NCBI GenBank assembly: GCA_964650355.1
Contig: CAZYTL010000004.1
Span: 3,912 to 67,911, forward strand
Direction of reading: 5' to 3'
Origin: an uncultured Gammaproteobacteria bacterium
GTDB lineage: Bacteria > Patescibacteriota > Microgenomatia > CAYXHB01 > CAZYTL01
Length of the DNA stretch: 64,000 nt
The position numbers were made by a program, and so were the translations under genes. Below, one piece after another: positions 51,093 through 61,079 of the stretch (positions are counted from its first letter, which is position 1; each line of letters begins with the position of its first letter). The notes under the pieces are model-generated. The model ran no database searches. It had not been told where the DNA came from and saw only the letters and a program-made list of their open reading frames with translations.

Positions 51093-52736
51093 ATGTCAGA
51101 CCATCTGCTACCATCCATATCTTCGGCACCCAAAAGATTCCTCAAGTATCTGGTCGCAGACCTGAATCCTCGGGATAAAGAGGCCATTCGTCGGGCCACC
51201 ATCTTAAATACCGTCGTCATCGTCATCATCGTCTTACTCTTTTTCTGGCTTCTTACAGACGCCTTTGTCATCAAGAGAATCTTCGCTACCTTCTTTGATC
51301 TCGTCTATATCCTTGCAGTGCTCTTTTACTTTTGGTGGCAAAAAAGAACCCGTCGCCTTAATCTTGCCATCTTCATCCTCAACGGTGCTGCCATCCTGGG
51401 CTTCCTGGGATTCTCATACGTCGTCGGTATCAACGACTCCAACACTGCCTTATTCCTTTTAATTCCCATCTTTTCATTTTTCGTCTCCGGCCTGGAAATG
51501 GGCATGTTTTGGACCACCATCGGCACCACCTGGTTGGTTACCTTTCTTATTCTAGGGCACTATCGCATCTACGGACCATATGTCAACACTACCTACCTCC
51601 TAGATATGCTCACTGCCTATTTCGTCTCCACTCTTTTTGCACTCGTTTATGAATGGACCAGACGTAGAAATCAAAATAGCCTTCAGATAGCTCTCAACAC
51701 CAGCCAAACAGTCTTCAATACCATTACGGACGGTATTCTGGTCCTTAATGATCAATTCCAGCTTGAAGACATCAACCAAACCGCTGAGCAGCTCCTTGGT
51801 TGGTCATATTCCGAACTCAAAGCCCAATCCCTTCAGGAAATTTTTCCCTTCCTCAAAGACCATCCTGATCATCTTTTATCTTCCGGTACTACCAAGCCTG
51901 GAGTAGAAATCGTCGCCAAAAACCAAAAAATTCTCTATGCCAATGTCACCATTTCCCCTTTGAGGCTTGAAACCCCGACCCATCAACATCACCCTGGCCT
52001 TATGCTCACTCTTCACGACATCACCGAACAAAAAGAACTGGATACTATGAAACTCAACTTTGTTACTGTGGCCGCTCATGAACTGCGCACCCCCATCACC
52101 TCCATCAAGGGCTATCTTTCCCTCCTTCAACAAGAACTGGAAGCCAAATTGGACCCCACTAACCAAAAACATCTCTCTCAAATTTCCACTGCCGTTCAGC
52201 GTCTCTATGACCTCATGGAAGAACTCTTAACCATCACTAAACTGGAAAAATTCGAAGTCACCATCAAAAAACAACCTGTTAATTGGCACAACCTCCTCAA
52301 GGACCGCCTTAAAGAACACCAAGACTTAGCTCACCAGAAAAATCTCCAACTCAAACTCAGCCAAACCCACCCCTCCTTGCCTCCGATCATGGTCGACCCC
52401 TTACAAATCTCCCAAGCTATTAACCACTTGCTTAACAATGCCATCACCTACACTGAAAAAGGGCAAGTCACAGTAAGCACAGATTACCAACCTCAAAAAC
52501 ATCAAATCATCACCCATATCCAAGATACCGGCTCCGGACTTACCCAAAAACAACAAACCCATCTTTTTGAAAAATTCTCCAAACCTACCGGAGTCATTTC
52601 CGGCCAATACACTCAGGGTCCAGGCCTTGGTTTATACCTGACCAAAGCCAATGTTAATCAGCACGGCGTTCAAATCTGGGTTGACTCCACACCCGGAAAA
52701 GGCTCCACCTTCAGCTTCAGCCTTCCCACTCAATAA
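51093..52736 (+). CDS. Membrane PAS sensor histidine kinase
   Basis: TM N-terminus; PAS; HELRTP, NAITY, DTGSG and GLGL motifs. Confidence 0.92.
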   Translation: MSDHLLPSISSAPKRFLKYLVADLNPRDKEAIRRATILNTVVIVIIVLLFFWLLTDAFVIKRIFATFFDLVYILAVLFYFWWQKRTRRLNLAIFILNGAAILGFLGFSYVVGINDSNTALFLLIPIFSFFVSGLEMGMFWTTIGTTWLVTFLILGHYRIYGPYVNTTYLLDMLTAYFVSTLFALVYEWTRRRNQNSLQIALNTSQTVFNTITDGILVLNDQFQLEDINQTAEQLLGWSYSELKAQSLQEIFPFLKDHPDHLLSSGTTKPGVEIVAKNQKILYANVTISPLRLETPTHQHHPGLMLTLHDITEQKELDTMKLNFVTVAAHELRTPITSIKGYLSLLQQELEAKLDPTNQKHLSQISTAVQRLYDLMEELLTITKLEKFEVTIKKQPVNWHNLLKDRLKEHQDLAHQKNLQLKLSQTHPSLPPIMVDPLQISQAINHLLNNAITYTEKGQVTVSTDYQPQKHQIITHIQDTGSGLTQKQQTHLFEKFSKPTGVISGQYTQGPGLGLYLTKANVNQHGVQIWVDSTPGKGSTFSFSLPTQ

Positions 52737-52774
52737 ACCCCCCATTATTGACCCTCGATCCTCAAAGTCGCCCC

Positions 52775-54271
52775 TTAACTTTCTCGCACTGATTTTCTCC
52801 CCAACAGTACCCCGGTCAACAATACAAAAAATCCTGCCACCAGCCCCTCACTCAACAAATGAGTCAGATATCGATCATTGAAATAGTCATACCAGCCACC
52901 CAATGCATGCAGCAATGACAACCCGAACCACCCGATTAAAATCGCCTTTGCCCATCTCTCCTTAACCGCTTCTAAAATCGCTATCGGGATTACCAACACC
53001 AAATAATAATAAGGCGACATTACTGCTAATATATAAAGCAACACCACTCCCCATATCCACCTCAGCTCCTCCTCACCTTTGACCACCCCCTTAACCACCA
53101 TTGCCAACCAGCCTCCTGCCGTCAGCCAATACCACCAGTTCTTTTCTGCTAACCAATTAAGTCTTTCCCACGCATCTAACGATCCCCCCGCCATCGTTCC
53201 CCATAAATTTTTCAAACCCAGGTCAAATAATTCTCCGCTTAAATATCGCCCGTGCGTCATCAGATCTGCATAAAATTGCTGCCACGCATCAATTCCCCCC
53301 GTCCATCCGCTTACCACTACCAAACCCGCTACTGTCAACCCGGTACTCAAGATAAAAACCGTTGTCCTTCTAAATTTTTTATCAGCTCTATCTTTAGTCT
53401 TAGTCATCACCAACCATCTGATCATCCAGGGAATCAACAACACAGCAGGAAACACCCGCAATCCGGCTGCTATCCCCAGGAAAACACCGCTGATTAAAAA
53501 CTTATTAATTTTCCCAAAATATAAACTGAACAACACTGCCCCCAGCCACCAGTACTGACCGAAATTACCCACCAGCCTATCGTAGGTACCAAAATAACTC
53601 ACCATAAAAATCACTGCTAAACACCCCGAACGCCATCCGTATGCCCGTCCCACCAGAACCAAGCCCGCTACCACCCAGATCAGATCACTCAACACCCACC
53701 ATTTAATCATTACCTCATCATCTAAAGACACTCGATTTGCCAAACTCCCGCCAATTAGAGTCCAAACCAGTGAAGGATTATAACCTTTATCTTCAAACAC
53801 TCCTTGCCAAAAATCCCCTTCAGCCCCTGCCAGCTGCTGCCAGAACCTCACATCTTGCTTAAATTCCCACCACCTTTGATTACTAAATTTACTTCGCGGA
53901 CAATCTGGTAATTGCAACCTGTCTATCAACTGATAGTCATCCAGATTCCTCACTTGAGCCACCTCATTCCAAACATTATTTCCCTCCTTATCCGCCTCCA
54001 AAGCGCAGTTATACAAATCAAAATAACCCAATTCCTTAAAGTACTTCGCTCCCAAATAATAATGAAACCCGTTCCAAGGCCGGATATAATCATATCCCGT
54101 ATTCACTAGTTGCCACACCGAATACGAATAAACCACCATCATCAAAACCAAAGCGACCACTCCATAAACCACATTCAACCACCGATCGACCTCCTTCCCT
54201 TTGTCTCCAACCATTAATTCAAACCCCAACAAACCCAATGTAATTATCAACAACGCGGCTACTCCACTCAT
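52775..54271 (-). CDS. Polytopic membrane protein, GT-C/GT87-like
   Basis: HYYLGAKYFKELGY, GYNPS and LRVFP motifs; many TM segments. Confidence 0.6.
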   Translation of the reverse strand: MSGVAALLIITLGLLGFELMVGDKGKEVDRWLNVVYGVVALVLMMVVYSYSVWQLVNTGYDYIRPWNGFHYYLGAKYFKELGYFDLYNCALEADKEGNNVWNEVAQVRNLDDYQLIDRLQLPDCPRSKFSNQRWWEFKQDVRFWQQLAGAEGDFWQGVFEDKGYNPSLVWTLIGGSLANRVSLDDEVMIKWWVLSDLIWVVAGLVLVGRAYGWRSGCLAVIFMVSYFGTYDRLVGNFGQYWWLGAVLFSLYFGKINKFLISGVFLGIAAGLRVFPAVLLIPWMIRWLVMTKTKDRADKKFRRTTVFILSTGLTVAGLVVVSGWTGGIDAWQQFYADLMTHGRYLSGELFDLGLKNLWGTMAGGSLDAWERLNWLAEKNWWYWLTAGGWLAMVVKGVVKGEEELRWIWGVVLLYILAVMSPYYYLVLVIPIAILEAVKERWAKAILIGWFGLSLLHALGGWYDYFNDRYLTHLLSEGLVAGFFVLLTGVLLGRKSVRES

Positions 54272-54277
54272 ATCCTC

Positions 54278-54610
54278 CTATAATCCCAATTGACTAAACA
54301 TCCAACTCAACCCCAACAACACCACCGCAATCAACCCTAACAACAAAATCAAAGTACCCTTATACTTCAAAGCCGTCAACTTGTCCCCGATCCTCCATAA
54401 CCAATCAAATCTGTGCTTCATCGCCTCCATCCATGAATCCAACAACGCTTGCTTTTCTTCTTCACCTTTAACCACCGCATCTGTCAACTTCTCGGCCTCC
54501 ATTTTTGCCGTTTGCTCCTGATCTTTCGTCAACTCTAACGCAGCCCCGCACCGCATACACTCCAATTGACTATCAGGATTATCAAACTTACAATTGCTAC
54601 AAACCTTCAT
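54278..54610 (-). CDS. Zinc-ribbon protein with a C-terminal TM
   Basis: CSNC...CMRCG; SD AAGGAG. Confidence 0.75.
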   Translation of the reverse strand: MKVCSNCKFDNPDSQLECMRCGAALELTKDQEQTAKMEAEKLTDAVVKGEEEKQALLDSWMEAMKHRFDWLWRIGDKLTALKYKGTLILLLGLIAVVLLGLSWMFSQLGL

Positions 54611-54641
54611 ATCTCCTTTATAATAACAAACCTCACCATCC

Positions 54642-55112
54642 ATGCCTACTCGCTCCTGGCTCATCATCGTCATTCTTCTCAGCCTCATCGGCATCAGTGA
54701 TGCCGCCTACCTCACCTGGGAACACTACCAGACCAATCTGCCTCCCTGCAAACTGATTGCTTTGCCCATTCCCCTTGATTGTGGACAAGTCCTTCACAGC
54801 CAGTATGCCCAAGTCGGTCCTCTCCCTACCGCTGCTCTGGGTTTCCTTTTCTATACCACCGTCTTTATCCTCGCCACTCTTACCCTCCTTAAACCCCATC
54901 TTCTTCCTCAACTCAAAACCCAATTTCTCCTCCTCCTCGGCACTACCGGCCTCCTCGTCTCCTCCGTTCTCGTCTATCTCCAACTCTTTGTCATCCACGC
55001 CATCTGTCCCTACTGCATGCTCTCCGCCTTCACCAGTACTATCATCTTCATCTCCAGCATCATTATTCATCTTTCCGCCACCCCAACCTCCTCCCAACAG
55101 ATAACCTCATAA
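54642..55112 (+). CDS. Vitamin K epoxide reductase (VKOR) family protein
   Basis: C..C loop, CGQVLHSQYA and ICPYC motifs. Confidence 0.92.
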   Translation: MPTRSWLIIVILLSLIGISDAAYLTWEHYQTNLPPCKLIALPIPLDCGQVLHSQYAQVGPLPTAALGFLFYTTVFILATLTLLKPHLLPQLKTQFLLLLGTTGLLVSSVLVYLQLFVIHAICPYCMLSAFTSTIIFISSIIIHLSATPTSSQQITS

Positions 55113-55134
55113 AAATATCCGATTTCAATCACTT

Positions 55135-55941
55135 TCAATATCGCACCCCACTTTCCGCCAACTTTCTACTTCTTAATCCCGCCACTACTTTCTTCAAAAC
55201 ATTCTCTTTCGCTGGAGGTTTTATTCCTCTGGTACTCTTATTCCATCCCCAGCTAATCCGAGCTATTTCCACATCCGTCCGTGGACGTTTGTTTGTCAAG
55301 CTATATACTCTTTCATTCTCACGCCAATCCTGAACATAAGCCTCCATCTGCCTTTTAGTCTCTCCTATCTCAGCCACTGCCTCCTGGAATACCTCAGTTT
55401 CCTTTTCACCCAATTGTTCCAAATTCTTAGGATTGACCACCACCGACTCTCCTTCCGGCTTCCAGACCGCCATTTTAACTCTAGAATCAGACTCCATGTC
55501 CACCCGTCTTTTATTTATCCAGATCCATGAATCAGTTACAGCCGTCGCCAACAGCGTCCAATCTCGGTTGATATCAGCTGACGTCTCCTGACTGCTTCCC
55601 GTTTCCACGGCCTTTCCTCTGGTTATTTCTATATCTCCAGCTATCCTATCCCCCCTCAAACCCGGATTATTCGGACTATTCTTCAGAGAATATCTCACTG
55701 CCAATTCGCCAACCCAAACCTCAACCCAGTCCAGTTCACTTTCGATCACCCTTCCCAGTACATTAGGAAAACGCGCCCGCGGTTTGTCTTCACTCCTAAT
55801 TCCCACAGATAATTGATAGACAAAATTTGCCAGATCCCCTTTCATGAACTCGATTATTCGCTCATACCCCTCCTTCATCGCTTCTCCCCTCTCATTAGTC
55901 TCGGTCGCCTCAGTTGGTTGCGTAATTAATGATTCATCCAT
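55135..55941 (-). CDS. Hypothetical protein
   Basis: 268-aa ORF; TGGTAAAAT upstream. Confidence 0.7.
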   Translation of the reverse strand: MDESLITQPTEATETNERGEAMKEGYERIIEFMKGDLANFVYQLSVGIRSEDKPRARFPNVLGRVIESELDWVEVWVGELAVRYSLKNSPNNPGLRGDRIAGDIEITRGKAVETGSSQETSADINRDWTLLATAVTDSWIWINKRRVDMESDSRVKMAVWKPEGESVVVNPKNLEQLGEKETEVFQEAVAEIGETKRQMEAYVQDWRENERVYSLTNKRPRTDVEIARISWGWNKSTRGIKPPAKENVLKKVVAGLRSRKLAESGVRY

Positions 55942-56013
55942 AACTTAACCATATTTTACCAAATTCTACTCAATTCACCTATTTGAAACCAACTAACCTC
56001 TTCTTCAAATCCA

Positions 56014-57654
56014 TCAACTCCCATCAACCACCTCATTAAGCATCTCTCCCTCCACCTTACCATTCGGCAGCGCATACTCCTCTGGTCTCAGCTTTAGCTT
56101 ATCATACTCCCACCGGTTAACTTCTAACCGCACAGCCTTGCCCAACTGATCAGCTAGATCTTGCTGCATCACCACCAAATCCCCGTTAGTCATTCTCAAA
56201 CTCGTCGGCACCCAAATCCACGCCTCTACCAATATCACCGAAGACTCTTCCGGTTGCTCGTCACTCACCTCCACTTTCGCCAACGACACTTCATGTCCCA
56301 TCCCCGACAAATCATTCTCCAAAATATTTTCCACTTGATCTTGCAGCTTGCTTTCAGCCGCCACGGATCTGATCCTGGTCACACTCACAAAATCAATTTC
56401 CAAACTCACATCCCGCCCCAAAGCCTGCTCTAATCCCTGCTCTATTTTCTGTTTATCCTCAATCGTAAAAGGCACATCCACCAACTTCCTGGCTGTTACC
56501 AATATTTGCAATTCACCGTCAGCCAAATCCGTATTTTCCTTATCCTTCGTCTGCAGAATCACATTTACCAATTCGATATCTTCGTCAATTTTTCTCAACT
56601 GATTAGTTAAATACTTCTCAACCTGGCTTTTCAAATTCTTCAGTCTTGTATCTTCCTGTCGCCTTAGCACCAGCGTATCCACCACATTTAACTGCAAATC
56701 AATCGATCGGTTCACAATCTTGGTTAACTGATCACTTAACTGATTCTTTTGATCCACTGTCAAAAATCCCCCTTCGGGCAAAAACACCGTGGCCTCGATA
56801 TCCACCTGCTTACCCCCTAATCCAAACACAATTTGGAAATCATTCACCATCGCTTCATCATACAAACCTGCCAAACTCTCTTCCAATTGGTTCTTAATTT
56901 CCTGTCTCATCTGGGCCTCATAAATCGTTTCTTTCAAATAAATCGTCAGCGGAATCGCGACTATCAACAATAACAGGGCCGAAGTGATCATTCCGATCCG
57001 CCACCTGGTCTTTTCCATCTCTTTTCTGGGTTTCACTTTCAAAAAGTACAGAGTCGCAATCCCCGAAAACACAATCGCGCTCATATTCGCTCCGAACAAC
57101 AACAACGCTCCCTGAAAGATCTGCCATTCCTGAAACGCCAATCCGATACCTACTACCGCCAAAGGAGGCAACAACGCCACCGAAATCGCCACTCCGGCAA
57201 TCGAATTGGAAATTTGGGGATAAGACACCACTAATACTCCGATCACACTCGAAGCCAAAGCAATAAATAAATCCAACAACGTCGGATTAGCTCGCAACTT
57301 AATCTCTTCCGACACAATCTTAATCGGTGTCGCAATCGTCACTGCCCATGACACCAATACCACCAACCCCACGCTCAATAACAAAAATATCAGCGATCGC
57401 TCCAACAACCTCCTCCTGGTAGTAATCACTCCCATCGTCACTCCCAAGATCGGCCAAAACAAAGGCGCGATCAGCATCGCGCCGATCACCACCGCTGAAT
57501 TATTCGTCAACAACCCCAAAGTGGCAATAATCGCCGAAAACGCCAACGGCACCCAATACTGCCTATCAAACTCCAACTGCTCCTCCAACAACCCCAGCAA
57601 CCGGTCATGCAAATCCTTAGGCGTTTTTGGTACCTGGTTCACATCCACTTTCAT
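56014..57654 (-). CDS. DUF389/TIGR00341 membrane protein with a repetitive C-terminal domain
   Basis: AVVIGAMLIAP and GVAISVALLPPL motifs. Confidence 0.9.
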   Translation of the reverse strand: MKVDVNQVPKTPKDLHDRLLGLLEEQLEFDRQYWVPLAFSAIIATLGLLTNNSAVVIGAMLIAPLFWPILGVTMGVITTRRRLLERSLIFLLLSVGLVVLVSWAVTIATPIKIVSEEIKLRANPTLLDLFIALASSVIGVLVVSYPQISNSIAGVAISVALLPPLAVVGIGLAFQEWQIFQGALLLFGANMSAIVFSGIATLYFLKVKPRKEMEKTRWRIGMITSALLLLIVAIPLTIYLKETIYEAQMRQEIKNQLEESLAGLYDEAMVNDFQIVFGLGGKQVDIEATVFLPEGGFLTVDQKNQLSDQLTKIVNRSIDLQLNVVDTLVLRRQEDTRLKNLKSQVEKYLTNQLRKIDEDIELVNVILQTKDKENTDLADGELQILVTARKLVDVPFTIEDKQKIEQGLEQALGRDVSLEIDFVSVTRIRSVAAESKLQDQVENILENDLSGMGHEVSLAKVEVSDEQPEESSVILVEAWIWVPTSLRMTNGDLVVMQQDLADQLGKAVRLEVNRWEYDKLKLRPEEYALPNGKVEGEMLNEVVDGS

Positions 57655-57911
57655 TTCTGGTCTCCCCTTTCTTTACTACAATCATAAACTATCCCCTTAC
57701 ACAAATAAGTATCAAAAGCTGCCCCTCGCTGTTCTAAATATTCATACCCCAAACATTTACACCCAAAATCCTCCGTTCCAAACGCCCCCGTGCTCACAAA
57801 CTTGCTTCTCTTTGCCGGATACAAAACCATTGCTAATCCAACCGTCAGCAACACCACCACCGCTAACCACCGCTTCTTCCTCACCAACTTAGTTTTCTTC
57901 CTCATAACCAT
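57651..57911 (-). CDS. Small membrane-anchored Cys-rich protein
   Basis: TM followed by CKCLG...C...C; overlaps the DUF389 start. Confidence 0.6.
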   Translation of the reverse strand: MVMRKKTKLVRKKRWLAVVVLLTVGLAMVLYPAKRSKFVSTGAFGTEDFGCKCLGYEYLEQRGAAFDTYLCKGIVYDCSKERGDQK

Positions 57912-57994
57912 TTAACAGTTTAACAATTTTCAGCCAAAGGCTGATCGGCGGTTCGACTGAGCTCACCGTCGAAGTCCTCTGGCCGAAACCATCT
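57906..57994. repeat. Short tandem 8-mers plus a nested REP-like palindrome
   Basis: AACCATTT AACAGTTT AACAATTT; TTTCAGCCA/TGGCCGAAA outer stem; TTCGAC/GTCGAA inner stem. Confidence 0.6.
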
Positions 57995-58052
57995 CTTTCT
58001 CATCATACCATCAAACCCGTTTCCAATTGAAGCCCGTCTAATTATTCTGAAT

Positions 58053-58080
58053 TTAACTATTAACTTTTAACTCTTAACTG
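58053..58080. repeat. Heptamer tandem repeat (TTAACTN)x4
   Basis: TTAACTA TTAACTT TTAACTC TTAACTG. Confidence 0.85.
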
Positions 58081-58083
58081 TTT

Positions 58084-58605
58084 TTATGTATGCTTATCCG
58101 CTACCGCCGACGCTCCGAAACTCTCCGGTTTAGTCTTGGCCACATACCCATTCCCGGTCACCATCCCCACCACTTCCTTAATCATCTCTCTGGTCGGCCC
58201 CTTATTGCCCACATCAATATGAATCTCCAAATCATATTTCTCCCCATTCAACTTCTCCTTTAACACCGGCACCAACTCTTCTGCCAACTGCAGAGACAAC
58301 CAGGTTTCCTCATAAATCTTATTCCTCAATATCGCGGACTTCTTATCTTCATCTCTCACTTTGCGCCAAAAATACCGTCCGCCTCTTCCTCGGCGGTGAA
58401 TCACAATCGCCGACACAAAATCCACCACCTTCTTCCTGTCTACCAATTTATCTTTTGAATCAGTGCCTATCACCAACCTATATTCCGCCTCTGACTCTTC
58501 CTGAATATAACCGACTAACTCAGACACCACCTCTTTTGACTCCAGTCTTCCCTTTGAAGGACTATGAAAAACGCCATTCTTCAACACCGATCCATTAGTT
58601 ACCAT
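58084..58605 (-). CDS. RNase H-like YkuK (DUF458) family protein
   Basis: IGTDS, EIHIDVG, VKPES-like TKPES and ASAVAD motifs. Confidence 0.92.
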   Translation of the reverse strand: MVTNGSVLKNGVFHSPSKGRLESKEVVSELVGYIQEESEAEYRLVIGTDSKDKLVDRKKVVDFVSAIVIHRRGRGGRYFWRKVRDEDKKSAILRNKIYEETWLSLQLAEELVPVLKEKLNGEKYDLEIHIDVGNKGPTREMIKEVVGMVTGNGYVAKTKPESFGASAVADKHT

Positions 58606-58688
58606 CTATCTAATTTTACGCCGACTTCCACAAATTCTCCACTTGCCAACTCCAGGTTCATTTTCCAATATAAAAATCTTCTTTAAAA

Positions 58689-59720
58689 TTAATCAACCAA
58701 TTCAGCTACCTCTCTGGCAATCTGTCTTCGATGTCTGCCATTCTCACTAAAATCATGATCATTTCCATCCACAAAAATCAGGGGGCCTCTCTCTAACAAT
58801 GCTTCCCCTAATCCCGCAAACTGGATATACATAAACAACAAATACTCAAACGACATATCTTGCTCAAAATCACGATATCTCTCTCTTATCCGCTCACGTA
58901 AGTTATCTAAGTGAACATGATTGAAAATAGACAACCCAATTTCTCTTCCTCTGGGCAAATAACCACGCAGCTGATCAGACGCTGTTTGATAAACCAGCGC
59001 ATTAATATGACCTGTCTGTCCCAAAAAATCTAATTGCCCCATACAAAAAGCCCAATCTTGGACCATAATTGGCTCCTCGCCAGCCCGCAGATTTTCATTC
59101 TCCCGCATTGCTTCAATGCCGTCTAAGCGCATATCAAATTTCCTGTCTAAAAACCATAATTGTGAACCAATCTGATGCTCCAACAAAACGCTCATTCCTG
59201 GATAGTCCCTACCATTCCCGGCTTGTTGCCAATTCACAAAACTTTTCATGTCGTTATAAAAAGGGGCCAAACAATCATTTCCCTCGGTTCCTTCCAATCC
59301 AAAGCGAAACCCATCCACCTCATTCAAACATCGGGCCAATGACGATTTGCCTGACCCTCTATGACCAACAATTCCCAATACCTCAATCCTGTCCCTATCT
59401 TCACGCCCATCTTGAAAAATTTCTCTGGCTCGCAACACTTTCGCATCTAAGCTTCTTACTATATTAGAGGCCACAAATTCCTCCAAATTGACACCCAGAT
59501 CTTGAGATACCGCCTCAGAAACAGTTCGATCGTTCCACCCACTCGGTCTATCTAAACCACGCCTAAATCGTTCCCCTCTCCCTGCCAAATAGTATTCTTT
59601 ATCAAAATTAGGATCGTATCTTAAAATATCGTCCCAAACATAATCAGGCAAGTGTCCGCCTTTCTCGATCCTCTGTACACCATTCATCATATCGTCAATC
59701 AAAGCAAGAGAACTTATCAC
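58689..59720 (-). CDS. Deoxynucleoside kinase-like protein with an N-terminal extension
   Basis: GHRGSGKSS, LAPFYNDM, SQLWFLDR and RYRDFEQ motifs. Confidence 0.75.
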   Translation of the reverse strand: MISSLALIDDMMNGVQRIEKGGHLPDYVWDDILRYDPNFDKEYYLAGRGERFRRGLDRPSGWNDRTVSEAVSQDLGVNLEEFVASNIVRSLDAKVLRAREIFQDGREDRDRIEVLGIVGHRGSGKSSLARCLNEVDGFRFGLEGTEGNDCLAPFYNDMKSFVNWQQAGNGRDYPGMSVLLEHQIGSQLWFLDRKFDMRLDGIEAMRENENLRAGEEPIMVQDWAFCMGQLDFLGQTGHINALVYQTASDQLRGYLPRGREIGLSIFNHVHLDNLRERIRERYRDFEQDMSFEYLLFMYIQFAGLGEALLERGPLIFVDGNDHDFSENGRHRRQIAREVAELVD

Positions 59721-59801
59721 TTAAAAATTTTTCTCTTCCCAATATAAAGCACCTCGCTCCCAATTTTCAAACCCCAAAATTCCTATCCTTCCGATCTTTT
59801 A

Positions 59802-60557
59802 CTACCCCGCCCTCGGATTCGTTACCAGCGCCTCCAGCATCATCGCGTTGTCCACCGCATATCCTTGGGCATCATTATTAAAATAAGCATAAACGTCTTT
59901 ACCTTCACTTAGCCACTTGCGAATCTTCTTCGCCCACATCTCCAACTCCTCGTCACTATAACTCGAAGCATACAAACCTGCTGGACCATGAAACCTCAAA
60001 TACACAAACACCGCTGTCACCACCTCTACGCCAGGCCACTTTCCTCCCGAATCCGCCATACACAAACCCGTGTGATTTTTTCTTAACAGATCATAAACCT
60101 CTTCGTTAAACCAACTTTCATCCCGAAATTCAAACGCATGTTTCACCTTACTAGCAACAGACTGCTCCTTTAAAAAATTTCCAAAATTCTCTAATCGCTC
60201 TAGATCAACCCGGAAACTTCCTGGCAACTGCCATAACACCACCCCCAATTTCTCTTTTAACTCCCGCGCTCCCTCAAAGAACCTCTCCACCGCCTCTTCA
60301 CAATCTTTTAATTTCTTCTGATGACTAATAAACCGACTCCCCTTAATCGCAAACCTGAAATCCTCAGGCGTCTCCTCATACCACTTTTTGAAAGTGGCTT
60401 CTTTCACCAACCGGTAAAAAGTCACATTCAACTCCACCGAATTAAACTGCGTGGCATAATATTCAAACCACTTGCTCTTAGCTAAACCAGCAGGATAAAA
60501 CCCCTCACGCCAGTGATCATAACTAAACCCGCTTGTCCCAATATACAATCTCCCCAT
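59802..60557 (-). CDS. DUF72 (YecE-like) protein
   Basis: IGTSGFSY, VELNVTFY, YLRFHG and YFNND motifs. Confidence 0.93.
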   Translation of the reverse strand: MGRLYIGTSGFSYDHWREGFYPAGLAKSKWFEYYATQFNSVELNVTFYRLVKEATFKKWYEETPEDFRFAIKGSRFISHQKKLKDCEEAVERFFEGARELKEKLGVVLWQLPGSFRVDLERLENFGNFLKEQSVASKVKHAFEFRDESWFNEEVYDLLRKNHTGLCMADSGGKWPGVEVVTAVFVYLRFHGPAGLYASSYSDEELEMWAKKIRKWLSEGKDVYAYFNNDAQGYAVDNAMMLEALVTNPRAG

Positions 60558-60596
60558 CTCGTAACTATTCTATAGGGAAACTATTTAGAAATCAGG

Positions 60597-60657
60597 TGTC
60601 ATTGCGAACGTTGAATCTACCTTTATACTTACAATTCGATTCAACTTGAAGCAATCC
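60597..60657. repeat. REP-like palindromic element (TGTCATTGCGA...GAAGCAATC)
   Basis: ATTGC/GCAAT outer arms and GTTGAATC/GATTCAAC inner arms. Confidence 0.55.
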
Positions 60658-60788
60658 CGTAGGAATTAAGCACCTACTTTCTAACTGGTTTATCTATATC
60701 TCTTATATCTTATACTTGTACTTGTATTTTAACCGCCCCCCGCCAACCTTCTACTCCCAACACCTAGATATTTTTTACCCCATAGTAG

Positions 60789-60817
60789 TTGACAAAATCG
60801 CTAGTTTAAATTAAAAT
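60789..60817 (+). promoter_or_regulatory. Near-consensus sigma70 promoter
   Basis: TTGACA (60789-94), 17 bp spacer, TAAAAT (60812-17). Confidence 0.8.
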
Positions 60818-60835
60818 ATATAATCATTGGCAAAG

Positions 60836-60890
60836 GGGCAAGGGTAGCATCCGCGCTACCCAATCAACCTTGCCCAACGCTCTTTAACAA
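60836..60890 (+). promoter_or_regulatory. Leader hairpin followed by an rrn-type boxA antitermination site
   Basis: GGGCAAGG/CCTTGCCC and GGGTAGC/GCTACCC hairpin arms; GCTCTTTAACAA at 60879-60890. Confidence 0.65.
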
Positions 60891-61079
60891 GGCAGCAGGC
60901 AGTTTATCTCGGGGTTAACAGGTTCTGTGGGGACTTTGATTCCGGCAGTCTTGCAAGCGGATAAATCATCTCTTTATCTCTTTCCATGATTGCCGGAACC
61001 AACCAGGATCCGGCAAAAAAACTTTCATTCCCGGCCAGTCGCCCTCGGACTGGCCACCCTGCATCGAGGAGGTGCAACT

